The notes under the pieces are model-generated. The model searched no databases. It saw only the letters and a program-made list of their open reading frames with translations, and was not told the origin of the DNA. A stretch of DNA of 57,974 bases, the filler included, from Catajapyx aquilonaris (Eukaryota), in NCBI GenBank assembly GCA_000934665.2. It is 2 parts of 2 records of this genome, joined end to end, with 100 filler letters (N's around TTAATTAATTAA, not from the genome) between each part and the next. Parts side by side here need not be neighbours in the genome. Positions count along the whole stretch, not along the records: positions 1 to 29,032 come from JYFJ02004834.1; positions 29,133 to 57,974 come from JYFJ02004835.1. One strand, written 5' to 3'. The position numbers and the translations under genes are program-made. Shown here piece by piece: positions 21,737 to 34,643 of this stretch. Each line of letters starts with the position of its first letter. Positions within the stretch are counted from its first letter, which is position 1.

Positions 21737-24410
21737 TGTTAATTCAGAGTCTTAGGCAACAGCAGACAGTTGCATTACAGACCTGGTGACAGGTGCTTTG
21801 GGTCTGACGTCCCAGGAAATCTATAATTTACATATTCCAATTGCTCTTGCCACTGGAAACATTACTGCAATTTTTCATACAGACAGGTTGTAAGTTTTGA
21901 AGTTCTTCTCTCTTGTTGTGTTTGTGAAGAGTTTTCCCAAGCTTTTGCTTTTACCCTGCAATATTGTGTATAGAGATGCACAAAATTATATTTTATGCAG
22001 AGCATTTTCACAATTACGTATTGAATATCATAATGCAAAGTGATGTGGAAATGCCAATTTGAGATGTATACCGCATTTGTGCTGCCTTTCACTGCACTGA
22101 AATGCAGTTCTTTGTTTTCATTGGGTGTCATGCCATGAAAGTGCAGACCAGAGAAAATATGGCATGGCCCACCACTGTTGTAATGAGGTTACCTGTGATA
22201 ATATCCAACTTGTACTTAACGTGTTGGCATCATCTATGATTTTTTCTTCTTCATATGCTTCTCCTTTCTTCCAAATTCTGAATCTAAACCAAGTTTGGCC
22301 ATCCTGAACACAACAGTGCAGGAGAAACTAATGTGTACAAATGTGCTGAATTTGCAACACCTGATAGTAACATTCCTGGTGGGAACAAGGAAGAGAGATC
22401 TGGTGATGCATGGTTTGTCCACAGAAAGGATTTTTCAAGCGCTGAAATATTGCTTGGGGATAAGACTGCACAGGTTTGCAAATAGTTTTGTAACATTAAT
22501 GCAGTCTATAATCTACAAGATTACAAAAAGTATGGAATGATGAAGTAGTAAAGTCTGTGTTGTACTGTAAACAAGAGTATGTCAGTCCATTGATGCAGAG
22601 TGGTATTGGCAGCAGCGTTTGTATATCTGATCAGTGTTTTTGGCTGTAGGAGGAGAACCTTCACCTCTTTTGTCTTTTAATTTCCTTTTTAGCTTAATGC
22701 CAGGTTGTGAGAAACAGGATGATAATAAATCCATCGACAAGTATGTCCCTGCATGTCATTAACTTGCCAGTTGGTTGGTGCAATTTAGGAGAACTGCATA
22801 AATGTTTCTTTGTGAACCTATGAAAGATTTAATGTGTCACTTCACCTGTTCACCATTATCACATTTTGTGAGTTCACCTACTTGAGATTACTGAAAGGGT
22901 TGTCCCATGACAGCATATAAGTCACGCTAAAAAACAGTGTAAACGAAGATTCAACATTGACATAAATATGAATTAATATGATCAAGCCTAACCTAGCAAA
23001 GAGTATCCTTGATTTAACGTTCAATTTCTTCATCAGCAGAGAGGTTGTGTCTTGTAAAAAGGCAAGAGCCATAATTTGCTTTTATTGGTGTTGATCCACT
23101 TGATGAAATATGAATGTGAGGGTTCTTCTACTATTAGCTACATCCCACAGAAATGTAGGAAAATGTTGACATCACCACTTATTTGTCAAAGGGTCTCATC
23201 ATGTTCAGGAAACTCAGTGCATGTCAACATTCCATGACTGATCTATAATGGAGTGTGTTTAATTGTACTCAGCAAAATTCCATTACAGTGCATGATACTG
23301 AATGGTAGTATTTTGGATTGAAAAATGGAAGAGTATGGGTATGAACATTATTATGCCCCTCATATTTTCTGTTGATTTGAGTTTGTTGATACTGGAGTAC
23401 TCTATAATTTTGGTTTGAAAGGGTGGAAGCAAAATAATTTCGTGGAAGTTGTAGTGCTTTGCCACATTTTGACACTGTTAACACAGAGCAATGTAACTTC
23501 CAAAAATTGACAGTGTGTCTGTGAATTGTGCAGGGCGAATGAGGAGTTGGAGGTTATGCTGCTTGAACTCATGAATGAAGGAACATGAAACAAGCATGGC
23601 AGATCTCACTCACATTTGTTACACATGGTAGAAATTTGCTAGATTTTGTGGAAAAACAAAGTGTGAAGAGGGAGGAAAGCCTATATGAGGGTGGTGTATG
23701 AATTGGTAGTGAGATGCAAAATGCAAGAAACCTTCAGCACAACCTGACAACTTCATGGTGTTAGTTTTGTGATCTTGCTGCTATTTGTTAACAAGCAGCA
23801 TATCTTACAATTCTAATTTTATAATCTAGGCACCCTATACATGTTGTTCATAAAGGTATACTGCATATCAGGGATAAATACATGGTAATGGATATACTGT
23901 AGAGATTCTGGACTGGCATCCAGTAGTGTGGGTTTTAAGATCTGTAGTTGGCGCATCTGTAGTTGCCATACCCAACTTGTACAGGGGTTGTCTAAATATT
24001 GTGGTGTGGTTCTGCGGATATATGTCTTGGTGCGAATGATAAGTTTTTGTCCCACCCTAATACAACCTGTCATTCACTAGGTTTGAACTCCTTACAGTTG
24101 TGTCATCTGATGGCCAAATTTTAGTGAAACAGTGGTGATAAAAAGACTGTCATTGGTTATTATTTATGCACTTGTTGTTATTCCAAAATATCTGTCACTG
24201 TTGGTAGAGTACCGATGTGATTGTCAATGCCTCAAGTTGCACACATTGCACTGATGATTTACGTATGCTCTGTGGCTTGTAGGTCCACATCAATGATGAT
24301 AACAGTGTGATGCAGGTTGTGCAGGAATTAAAGTGATTTTTTGGTGGCATTTTCTATTTGTTGCTGATGTTTATTACAGTTGTTGCAAACAAAATTGCTG
24401 AACCTCTATA

Positions 24411-24855
24411 CAGTTGACTCTGGATGTAATAGCCTTAGCTATAACGGACTTTCAGTTATAACAGACTCGAAAGGTTGGTCCCACCAGACTTCCATGAGGC
24501 CATGTGTATTTTTACTCCTGATATGACAGACTCATTTTCACCTCACCTCGGGTTTAACAGACCATTTCTTGCCCTCTTGGTGGGAAAATATTTTTTTTCT
24601 GGTATTAAAATTTGCAAAAGGGAGACGGGAGAAGAAAATTTATGATTTTTTAGTCCTGCATAATTTTTGGGTGAGCTAATATTGCATTTTTCATGGATAT
24701 CATTAATCAATATGTAGTAGTGTGCAATATGGGCATATTCAAAACAGAAAACTTTGTGAATTCATTGCAAAAGTGACGCTTTAGCTATAACAGACCTCGG
24801 TTATAACATACTTTTTTTCCACAGCCTCTTAAAGTGTTATATCCAGATTCAACTG
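24411..24855. mobile_element. pogo/Tigger-like MITE
   Basis: TA|CAGTTGACTCTGGATGTAA ... TTATATCCAGATTCAACTG|TA; internal homology with 14599-15632. Confidence 0.75.
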
Positions 24856-25952
24856 TATTTGATTTTTCAATAATGTAAATTGATCAATTTCTTGCCTAGT
24901 ACATTCCTTCTGTTTCACAACAACTTGCTTCCTGTGCAATTTTTATGCTTCATTATAATACAGCATGGGCAGTGATGCCTATCCAAGAACCATTGTAAGA
25001 TCCTGATGTGTAAAATGTCCCCATCGTCTTTGGACACCATTCTGTGTGGATGAAACGTGTTTTAAGAGCCCTTCAGAAAGCTGAAGTCTGCTTTTAGATC
25101 AATCAAGCAGGTCCACTCAGTCATCTCAATATTGCCACTAATGTGACTGAATGGCAAAACAGCTGCGTTAGGGCAGAACCTTCAGATTTTGGGGTTCACC
25201 TCTCTGCCGATCAGCTTGAGACGAAACATGGGAGCTATACATAGTTCATCTAATGTAGTGAAAGCTACTTTGAAAATTTGTTTTTCCCCATCACTAGTGT
25301 GCAAATAAAGTAAAAATGGTGATGAAAGAGAATCTTTTTGTACTGATTCATTTTTTCATCAAATGGTATATCTCCCTCACCCTCTCTTCCACCTCCTGAC
25401 CTTTCTCCCCCCATGTGGGATCCAAACTTGATGCCTATGTCTCTCTTTGAGGCAATTTTTTGAGGGATGAAACATACACTAAAACTATCACAGCTCACTT
25501 CTCTGGGGGTGATTCTCCCAGAACTTGAACCTTTTGCAATGTCCCAGCTCAATAACCACAAAAGTAACAAAGTCGGATTATAATGCAGTGACAACTAATC
25601 CTATACATCCTGATAATATACCTATGTACACTACTCGCTGTTAGGCAATTAACAGACATAAATCTCGTAGGAAAATATTTTCCGTAAGGTCGACACAAAA
25701 TATAGAGGCTATGTGTCTGGTCCCTCTAGGTACAGTACGCATGCTCTGAATTTATGCTAACAGCATAAATAAAAATCCCTAGCCCATGTGATATGCATCA
25801 TTCAATTGTGCAAGGAGAGAGTATTGCCTTACAAACATTTAAAATTAAATTTAAAAGCTTTTACTTTAATAATTATATGACAAAATGTTATCCCCAACAT
25901 GTAATGTTAACCCTGACAACAAAACTGACTGACATTGAATGTACTATTTAAC

Positions 25953-26196
25953 ATTACTTCGCGAATGTATCGACGGAAAACCAGAAATGTGCATGAGAAA
26001 ATTACACCATCCTCTATTACATTAGAAATTTTAAAAGTATTTAAAAGTATCGCCGTATATTCCCACCTGAAAGCGGGCTGGGTACTTTCCTATTAAACTT
26101 AATAGATCAATACTTTTAAAATTTCTAGTGTCATAGAGCACGGTTTAATTTTATCACGCACATTTCTGGCTTGCCTCGATGCATTCACAAAGTAAT
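25953..26196. mobile_element. Degenerate palindromic MITE, ~90-bp arms
   Basis: ATTACTTCGCGAATGTATCGA..CCAGAAATGTGC..TAGAAATTTTAAAAGTATT pairs with AATACTTTTAAAATTTCTA..GCACATTTCTGG..TCGATGCATTCACAAAGTAAT. Confidence 0.65.
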
Positions 26197-26480
26197 TCGG
26201 ATTATAAATGGCTGAGGTAACAGAGATGTGCAACTTAATTATGATTACACAAATGGCTCTTGCTAAGTTTTAAATATGACATTAGATAGACAAACATTTG
26301 CACAATCCAGGGTTCACAGGAGGTTTTTTTTTGGCATCCGAGAAGTGTTAGAAAGAAATTCATTTTGAGGCGTGACTTCGGCAACTAGTCAATAAATGAC
26401 ACCTTTCCGCCTTCTTCTTGCGATAAAAAATTACACACTGATGATAGGAAACCAACTTGCATATATGTAACATGGATTTA

Positions 26481-26605
26481 GGGCCAGTTGCACCGGCCTC
26501 AGTATATGATAAAACCAGGGTTCTTTAGGAAAATCCATACAAATAGATGGGGATTTTGAGAAATACCCTGGTTTTATCATATACTGAGCTTGGTGAAACC
26601 GGCCC
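26481..26605. mobile_element. Palindromic Harbinger-like MITE
   Basis: TTA TSD on both sides; TIRs GGGCCAGTTGCACC / GGTGAAACCGGCCC; same family as 7701-7824. Confidence 0.75.
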
Positions 26606-27172
26606 TTAAACAAGCTTTCCAATGATATAAAACATTAATTTTTCTGGATCATTTGCCTGAGAGTTGTTTCTAGTCAAACACAGGGACCTATATTAAATAG
26701 ACGGATAGTAATACCATTTGCTTTGAAACGCTTCTCTTCCTTCTTGTAGGACGTTGCCCATCAGGGTCCAGTCTATTTAGTTGCAAATCATCCATATCGG
26801 CACCAGGCACTATATTTTGTTGGCCATCTGCATGCAAATACATCATAAGTAGCACTTGGCTACGCTACGGGGATTGGCTAAGGTGTGTTTGGACCCATTG
26901 TTTATAGTTGCTAGTCAAACAGAGTTTTCAGGGAGCTACAGACGCATATCATTGTAGCAGACATCTCTTGCTGTGGGTCAATTACGTCTGTTAAATTCCT
27001 CTAACAGAGGTATCAAAGGCACTCGAAGAGATTCTGGTCCTTGAATTAGGTTGAGGAAATTCCAGGAGGTGTAGATTACCCAAAGCAGGTGAGAACAACT
27101 CACAATACCATACCATACTAATACCATTTGCTTTGAAACCACCTTAAGGCTTCTCTTCCTTCTTGTAGCACA

Positions 27173-28944
27173 ATGCCCATAAGGTTCCAGCCAATCACTC
27201 TGGAGGAGATGTGCATGAGCAAGATTGCCTGTGCTGTCTTGGATCAATGTGTGCTGATCAACATGTGGATGGATCATTGGTCCCAATACCTGCCCATTCC
27301 ACATGCTGCTCGCATGTACGTGTGGCAGATACAGCAGTATGGCCGTATCGTGTCTAACATTGGTGAACAGTTGGCACAGGAGAGATGGGGTAAGGATGAT
27401 GCCACTGTGACGAAGGTGTAACACTACTGAGCAATCGCATTTTGTCTGCAGGAAACACACGACCGAGACCATTAGGATATCTCAGCTTAATCAAGCTTGA
27501 CCGTCTGGTGAGACACGCCTGTACCCTGATCGCAACATGGAAGTGGCAACTTCAGAATTGGGTAAATGATATCCCAGCTCACTTCGCGGACATGTACACC
27601 AAGTTATTAATTGTACAAGCGCCAGCTGCCATTGGCAGTCATCCCTCGCAATATTTCAGCATGGACGGAATATTTCACCCCAAGTGCAAACACCTGCACC
27701 TTGGTAGAGATTGGAATATTAGTGTACTAATGGTCAGGGAAGTCCTGAAGAACCTCATCGTCATGAAGGAAGTAGAACACCTCTACATCGCTGTCTCGAA
27801 TGTAGAGCTGACCCGTCTCTTTAGGGAAAACCTGCTTTTCCTGGTAAACCTCACAACTCTGTGGATTCCCACCTATGTGGCTAGTGATGACAATGACTTT
27901 TTGTCGATCCTCAATCAATGCTGCCCTAAACTGAAGGCACTCAAATTCACTTGGGGACTATCAGGGGAACAGACTGTATTCCTTGGGACGTTTCCAAACC
28001 TCACTCGGGTCCACGTGAATTTCCAGGACCAGGTCACGCAAGCGGAAGACGTCATATTTGTCCTCAACACAGTTCCCCAGCTGGAGTCCATGAGCCTCCC
28101 AGACAAATTGTTTGAGCAGGTCCTGGTGAGTTGCAGGAGGCGATACTCCGTAAGGAAGCTCGACACCTGTTTGGCTGAGCCTAGCCTACTAGAGAGTTTG
28201 GTAATCCATTTTCCTATGGTGGAATACCTCAACATCAATATGCCAGACCAGCCCCTGTCTCAACTCAACAACTTGCTTCGCCTTAAGACGCTCCTCCTGA
28301 CAGCCTCAACACCCCAGCAGGTGTTAGATATGGATCCCCTCCTGACTCGCCTCACGTCCATAAGGCTTGTAGGCATCGAGAATGTGGAAGAGGCTTTGAG
28401 TCCCAACAACTTCTTTCTTCCTCACATGGAGACTCTCAGCCTTGAGTTCTGTTCAGAGGTCGATTTGGAGAACGTGTGGAAAGTGTTCCCAAACCTAGGC
28501 AGGTTAGATCTGATCAATTGCCGATTAGTGGGACGTAACCCAATGATGCAACTGGGGATGAATGACACTCCCTTTCGGGGTCTCAAGATCTTAGACATTT
28601 GCGATTGGACCAACTCCCTAGACGCTGATCATCTGCACTATCTAATGTCATTTTGCTACGATTTAGCAACGTTAAAGCTGGACATGGTGGGTACTCTAGA
28701 CGACGCAACCTTTCAGTCGATTCTCCATTTCAACAGAATGGAGCGAATGCAGAAGATGACCCTGAGCAGCACGGAGTTCACCCTCGCAATTCTGCCTATC
28801 ATAAATCAGTTCATAGGAGATGAATTACGGGTCCTCAACATAGAATTTTGTGGTCTCATGGAAGACGAAGAAGTGGTTGTGGAGAAGATTGCCGAGTACT
28901 CTGGAATGAAAGGAAAGTGTCTCATTGAACTCAGCGTCCTCTGA
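27173..28944 (+). CDS. Uncharacterised leucine-rich-repeat (RNI/F-box-LRR-like) protein with N-terminal BC-box-like motif, 2 coding exons, ~569 aa
   Basis: Exon 1 27173-27389 (donor G|GTAAGG), 62-nt intron, exon 2 27452-28944 (acceptor TTTTGTCTGCAG); phase-1 join keeps the frame. Repeated LxxLxL motifs (CPKLKALKF, FPNLTRVHV, VPQLESMSL, FPNLGRLDLINC, GLKILDI). N-terminal PITLEEMCMSKI. Probable 5'UTR intron 27089-27168. Confidence 0.8.
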
Positions 28945-29032
28945 AATGAAGATAAAATCACTTATTAGAGAAATTCCTCAGCCGCAACTGCCAGGATCAC
29001 GTTTGACATGTTACAAGGCTTCTGACAAGTTT

Positions 29033-29132
29033 NNNNNNNNNNNNNNNNNNNNNNNNNNNNNNNNNNNNNNNNNNNNTTAATTAATTAANNNNNNNNNNNN
29101 NNNNNNNNNNNNNNNNNNNNNNNNNNNNNNNN
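29033..29132. other. Artificial scaffold/contig spacer
   Basis: Exactly 44 N + TTAATTAATTAA (stops in all six frames) + 44 N = 100 nt. Confidence 0.95.
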
Positions 29133-29321
29133 ATGAGTTTTGTATGCAGGATTTTGGGGGCATGCAGCCTCCGAAGGGACCAGAGACGTCATCTCCGGTC
29201 CACATTATTTTATGGACCTCCAAAAAAAAGCGTCGGCGCATGACCAAAATGCATAAAACATTCGGGAATGTGTACTGTCTATAATCCGCCGTCAAAAAGG
29301 AACGTATGCCGGGCCTTCTGT

Positions 29322-29693
29322 CAGGGAGCATATAGGCCTACTACATAAGAGGCGCAAACATTCGATTTCCGCGTCTCTCCGTTTGGGGCCGTTGCCATGG
29401 CTGGCGGCCATTTTGAAGTGTGGGGAACGCCAACGAGGTATAAATAGGGTACAGGCAAAAATAGCTGGGTCCGCCATCTTTGATTCGCGCGTGTTCTTGC
29501 CGTGTAGTTGCCATGGCCGCCAAAACCATCAAAGATGGCGGACCCTATTTTTGCCTGTGCCCTATTTATACCTCATTGGCGTTCCCCACACTTCAAGATG
29601 GCCGCCACCTTGGCAACGCCCCAAACAGAGAGATGCGAGCATCAAAGGCGCCGACAGAAGTTTGCGCCTCTTATGTATAGTATATGCTCCCTG
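29322..29693. mobile_element. Palindromic MITE family A, copy 1 (7-bp TSD, P-superfamily-like)
   Basis: TIR CAGGGAGCATATA..; TSD CTTCTGT (29315-29321 / 29694-29700); the whole element folds back on itself. Confidence 0.88.
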
Positions 29694-30591
29694 CTTCTGT
29701 ATTGTAGGATAGTTTGAAGAAAAATATGGACAAACAATTGGACAGACACGATGATGCTCAACGTGAGCTGCAAGGGATTCAAACCGGTTTCAAACTTTTT
29801 GAAATAAAAAATAAGCCTCAACGCCAACTTTAAAAATCTGGCCTGGCTTCGCTGAAGGCAAGCGTTTAACCCTAGCGCTATTAATTATTCTTTTTCATCA
29901 TTTTCGGCGGAAAGAGATCTATAGCCGCGAGCAACACGCACACGCACACACACGTGAGAGAGTCTGCGATTAATATTTTAAAATTAAGGTTCCTTTGAAT
30001 TTGGAAATGACGTGTGAATATTACAAGGGACCACATCTTTGCACGAGAAAGTGGTTCGTTTGATGTGGTATGGACAGAATATAGTGCAAATACAGAGTTG
30101 GATAAAGCCACTTTCTTGATGCCTCTACAGTCAAACAGGAGATTTAGATTGTTAACCCCAGCAACCACATTAACAGAAGAAACAATCACAGTAATGCAAT
30201 GATTGTGACTGGAAAGAGGCGCAATGAGTGTACCGTATGCCTAAGGCTAGGAGATTATTGTGCCAGTGAATCTCGCTGGAGAAACTTGATGTCATATATC
30301 CTCAAGTGGCAATCGCTGGAGGATTAAGGCATCCAGTGGTATAAAATGCATTACGAGAGAGAAGGGGGAGTAGGGATAAAGTTTTTTAAGAAGATTTTCT
30401 CTCTTTTTTCCTTTACTCTCCCATCATTCCAAAACTTGGTAGGCCCTTGCTGCATTTCCAAGTCGAGAACGAGCTTAACTAGAAGATCTCTGAAAGTACT
30501 GGTTGACTTTGCGGAAACGACTTTAATTGTAAATAAAAGCTGTTTGGGGAGCGGAGAAGACACGCATAATGGAGTCGCTCTAAGAAGGCCC

Positions 30592-30614
30592 AGAGAGAGA
30601 GAGAGAGAGAGAGA
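30592..30614. repeat. (GA)n microsatellite
   Basis: Read directly. Confidence 0.85.
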
Positions 30615-33600
30615 AAAAAACCCCGGAAAAGGACGTGACAAAAACCGAATCAATTACAACTTTGAGCTAGAGCAAGGAACGAGGTTTCTTAGTGGTACAC
30701 TGTACGGGAACTGCAGTTAAAATTTCGTGTGGGAGTGCTTACAGTTTACATTTATGAGCAGAAGGTCGTACCTTCTCTCAATAATGTATAACACTACTGA
30801 GATATTTATGAACATGCTGCTGAAATTTCTAGTTATTATAACTTGTTTAAAACTGTAGGCTCAGTTCGTTCAACGTAAATAAGGAAATAGCTCCGAGTAT
30901 GTATTATACTGCACTTTACCCAATGTTTGCTTTTATGCGGAGTGACGTATCACTGAAAAATAAAACAGGATGGCACATTACATCTTGACATCGTACAGAA
31001 TGATGAAAAACCCGAAATGATGCAAGTAGAAGGCAATAAAAATATTTCTGTTACAGCTATAAAACGTCTCAAGAGAAGCTTTCAGGCTTCTTTGCCTGAA
31101 GACTACAAAAAAAAAAAAAAAAACTGCTTTGAAAACTCAGAAACGAGTAGCGATATGGCCCAACCGGGTACAATGTGAGCTACAAGCTATGCATTTTTCT
31201 GTCCATCATTGCAGTGTATACAACTGTCCCATTTTGTAAGGGGGAAAAAAGCAAGTGATGCACTAACTTGTGGCTGGTCGATTCATGTTCTTCTCTTCCT
31301 CTATCTTACTCTTATGTATTCTGAGTTGGAATGGACCAACCGGTGCCTCAGGTATTAATTAGCGTTCCCAAGTCGGGCAGCAAACGTCTTTCTGCGTCGC
31401 CCCCCTTTTCCTTTGTCCTTTCATTCCCAAAAATTCCTGCATCTCCCCTTTTTGGCCCCGGTCTCCTGTTCCCTCGGTTTCTATGAGATTTGTGGATCCC
31501 ACTGGAAGAGTCGACAGGCATCTGCTTGAGGGCATTCCTTGCCTTTCCTTCCTTTCCTCTTTTTTCTTTTTTGTCTTCTTCCTCTTGCTCGTCTGTGGTC
31601 CTTACATCCTTCATCCGCCGCACATAACCTCATCTTCCGAGAGAAAAAGAACTTTGGGAAGGGGGGGGGGGGAAGGGATGGAGAGAGACTATTTTTTCAA
31701 GAAATAGGGAAAAATCTAGATCACATTGTTTGCACAAGGACTCGGGAAGATAAACGACGTTCGAGCCTTGAATCCACTATTATTTTTATTTATCGATTGA
31801 GTGTGCCCTATAGTTTAAAAAAAAAGAGGAAGGCGGATGAAACTAACTTTCGGAGTATGGAGGGGCGGCAGGCTGAAGGGAGAGAGAGAAAAAAAAGTCA
31901 ATAATGATAATAAGCTGCTCAGTGTTACGCAGCTTTAATCTGATTATTGTCAGCAATTCGCATTTTAAAATTAGGCCACAAGCCATAAAATTAAACGGTA
32001 CAAGTGCATGCACTAATTACATCTGCATTAAACTGAACCTACGTAGGACCAATTGTATGAACATAACTTAAGTGTTATTAACATCATGTTCATACAAACG
32101 GACCTTAGAGACGATTGTATGAAATCAAATTAAGGAGGAAATATTCACTTATGTATTACAGTTGACACCGGATATAACATACTACAATAACCGCTGTTTG
32201 CTATAGCCTAATCGCCACTTTTGCAACGAATACACAAGTTTTCTGCTTTCCTTATGATTATAATGCACACTACTGCATTTATTAATGCCATTGGGGCCAT
32301 TGGAAGCTGGACTGACTCACTGGTGCAATAGGGATGCTGCTGAATTCATGTTAACAAACAAGACTTGCCCTCCTTTGTTGCGAAGACGTACCAACTTTGA
32401 GCCAGCAAGCGTCGGAGTTGAGAAGCGAATTAGCTCGATTAATCTCCGAGTATCAGGAGGCTTTGGGAGGAATTAAAAGTCATTAGATTGCGGGGCAAGG
32501 GGAGAGGAAAAGCAACTTGTGCGCTTGACGGGCAGCATTCCCCGGAGAGTTTGCAAGTGCAAATCGCATGGATTAAGGCCTAGCTTGTGTGGTGATGGGC
32601 GTCCGGATGCCCCCGACGGCAAAAGCGCAGACAGCACCACCTTACCTGACCCACCTCTCGCAGTTTGGGAGACACCCTAGCTCATCTGGCTGGAATGAAA
32701 TTGCCTCCTACAGCTCCCTCCAGCAACGGCCCTGGAGGCTCTTTGCTTCCAGCAGGATGATGCCTGGAGCCCCCGCTACTGGAGAAACGCCTCCTTTTTT
32801 TCCCCCCTTCCCTTTCGTTAGTTGCTCCTCAGCTTTCCTAATGAGGCCAGATAGCCACCAGCACCCAATGCAACTAACGCGTCCAATTAAGGAAATTGCC
32901 CCCTCAGTCGCGACGCCTGCCGACGCTCCATTGCATACTATCCGTTCTCCCGGACAAACTTCCGGGCCGACAAATCTTTCCGGACGAATGATAACATCAC
33001 AGTTGCGGACCACACCCCATAGTATACAGGGGGCTTCAGGGTGCGTCGACACCTAAAGGAGAGGTTAAGAACCTGAAAGAAGTGGTCAGAAGGATGATGG
33101 CAAACTAAAGAGCGTTGTAAAATATTGGCCAAAATTAATTAATTAAACACGATTGGCAAATCACGTGATTCGAGTATACTTTTTATCATCCAGCTTCTAA
33201 TATTCCAAAATGTTTGCAGGCTGGTTGATAATAGCATGTCAACAAGTGTAACAGCAATTAAATGTGCCATTATTATCATCATTGTGATTTTGGACTGGAG
33301 CATTTTAAAAAAGGAATCTTCATTTTATTTCGACGTGAAGTTGACACTGCGAGAGAAGAGAAACTTTTTATTTGGATCAATTACATAGAGTTCCACAGTC
33401 TGTGTTTGGTTGAAGGCACAGTGTGTTTGACTGTTTTTAATGGAAGTGAGCAAAAAAATATATATATTATGGTTCGATCGGATCATGTTGCTGCAGACCC
33501 CCAGGCAATTAACGTCATCCCGAAATTTAAAGAGGGAAAAATAATTTGTATTGTTAGTTTTTTCAACTGTACTGCACCAGTCTGCTTGACGTGCTACAGA

Positions 33601-33730
33601 TGGGCGCTTCTTTCATGAGAAATAACACTGTCACATCCCCCCCTCTGGACACATCCTACACTGACTATCTATGCAGTAGTGGCTTACATTACTTTCATTA
33701 TACATTTAAACGGTATTATAACTGTCGTAT

Positions 33731-34643
33731 CAGGGAGCATATACTACATAAGACGCGCAAACATTCGATTTCCGCATCTCTCTGTTTGAGGCGTTGCCAA
33801 GGTGGCGGCCATCCTGAAGTGTGGGGAACGCCAACGAGGTATAAATAGGGTACAGGCAAAAATAGGGTCCCCATCTTTGATTCGCGCGTGTTCTTGCCGT
33901 GTAGTTGCCATGGCCGCCAAAACCATCAAACCAATCTTTGCCTGTACCCTATTTATACCTCGTTGGCGTTCCTCACACTTCATGATGGCCGCCAGCCTTG
34001 GCAACGGCCCCAAACAGAGAGACGCGAACATCAAAGGCGCCCACAGAAGTTTGCGCCTCTTATGTTAGTATACAGGGTGTTTATTGTAACTCTGCAAAGA
34101 CTTTCAGGGGTATTAGAGGGGAGACAAGTATTTTTGACATAGGAACCCGTGTCCGGAAACGCCATCTAGAGGGGGTTCATAGACAAGGAACGGGTGCGCT
34201 CAGACGCGTCACATGAGAGGCGCTAGGCGAGCGGACTGTTTTGTTGATAGATGGCGCGCAGTTGTTGCCAGGTTATGGCGTATTGCGTCGTTGTAAGCAA
34301 ACAACAACGCGATACTCCATAACCTGGCAACAACAGAACCGCTATTGATAATCCGCGCGTCTCCTAGGAGGCGGACTTTCGTTGCTAGATGGCTCTGCTG
34401 TTGCCAGGTTATGGCACATCGCATCGTTGGCTACTATCCGAGCGCCATCTATCAACAAAACAATCCGCTCGCCTAGCGCCTCTCGCCTGACGCGTCTGAG
34501 CGCACCCGTTCCTCGTCTATGAACCCCCTCTAGATGGCGTTTCCGGACACGGGTTCCTATGTCAAAAATACTTGTCTTGGTCCCCTCTATTACCCCTGAA
34601 AGTTTTTGCAGAGTTACAATAAACACCCTGTATATGCTCCCTG
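33731..34643. mobile_element. MITE family A, copy 2, with a nested insertion in its right TIR
   Basis: CAGGGAGCAT...ATGCTCCCTG; TSD GTCGTAT / GTCGTAC. Confidence 0.85.
34073..34630. mobile_element. Tc1/mariner-type foldback MITE
   Basis: TA TSD (34071-72 / 34631-32); TIR CAGGGTGTTTATTGTAACTCTGCAAA with ~190-bp inverted arms. Confidence 0.88.

Noticed and set aside
27416..27451. Alternative intron for the LRR gene using donor AAG|GTGTAA
   Set aside because: Only 36 nt long and leads to an immediate in-frame stop; the 27390 donor fits.
29292..29717. Repeated short ORFs (MADPIFACTLFIPRWRSPHFKMAA) in three places and on both strands
   Set aside because: By-product of the palindromic MITE family A, not a gene family.
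32589..33056. 155-aa Pro/Ser-rich ORF, and 46173-46607 (144 aa)
   Set aside because: No recognisable domain or convincing splice context; the latter runs through a mini-MITE.
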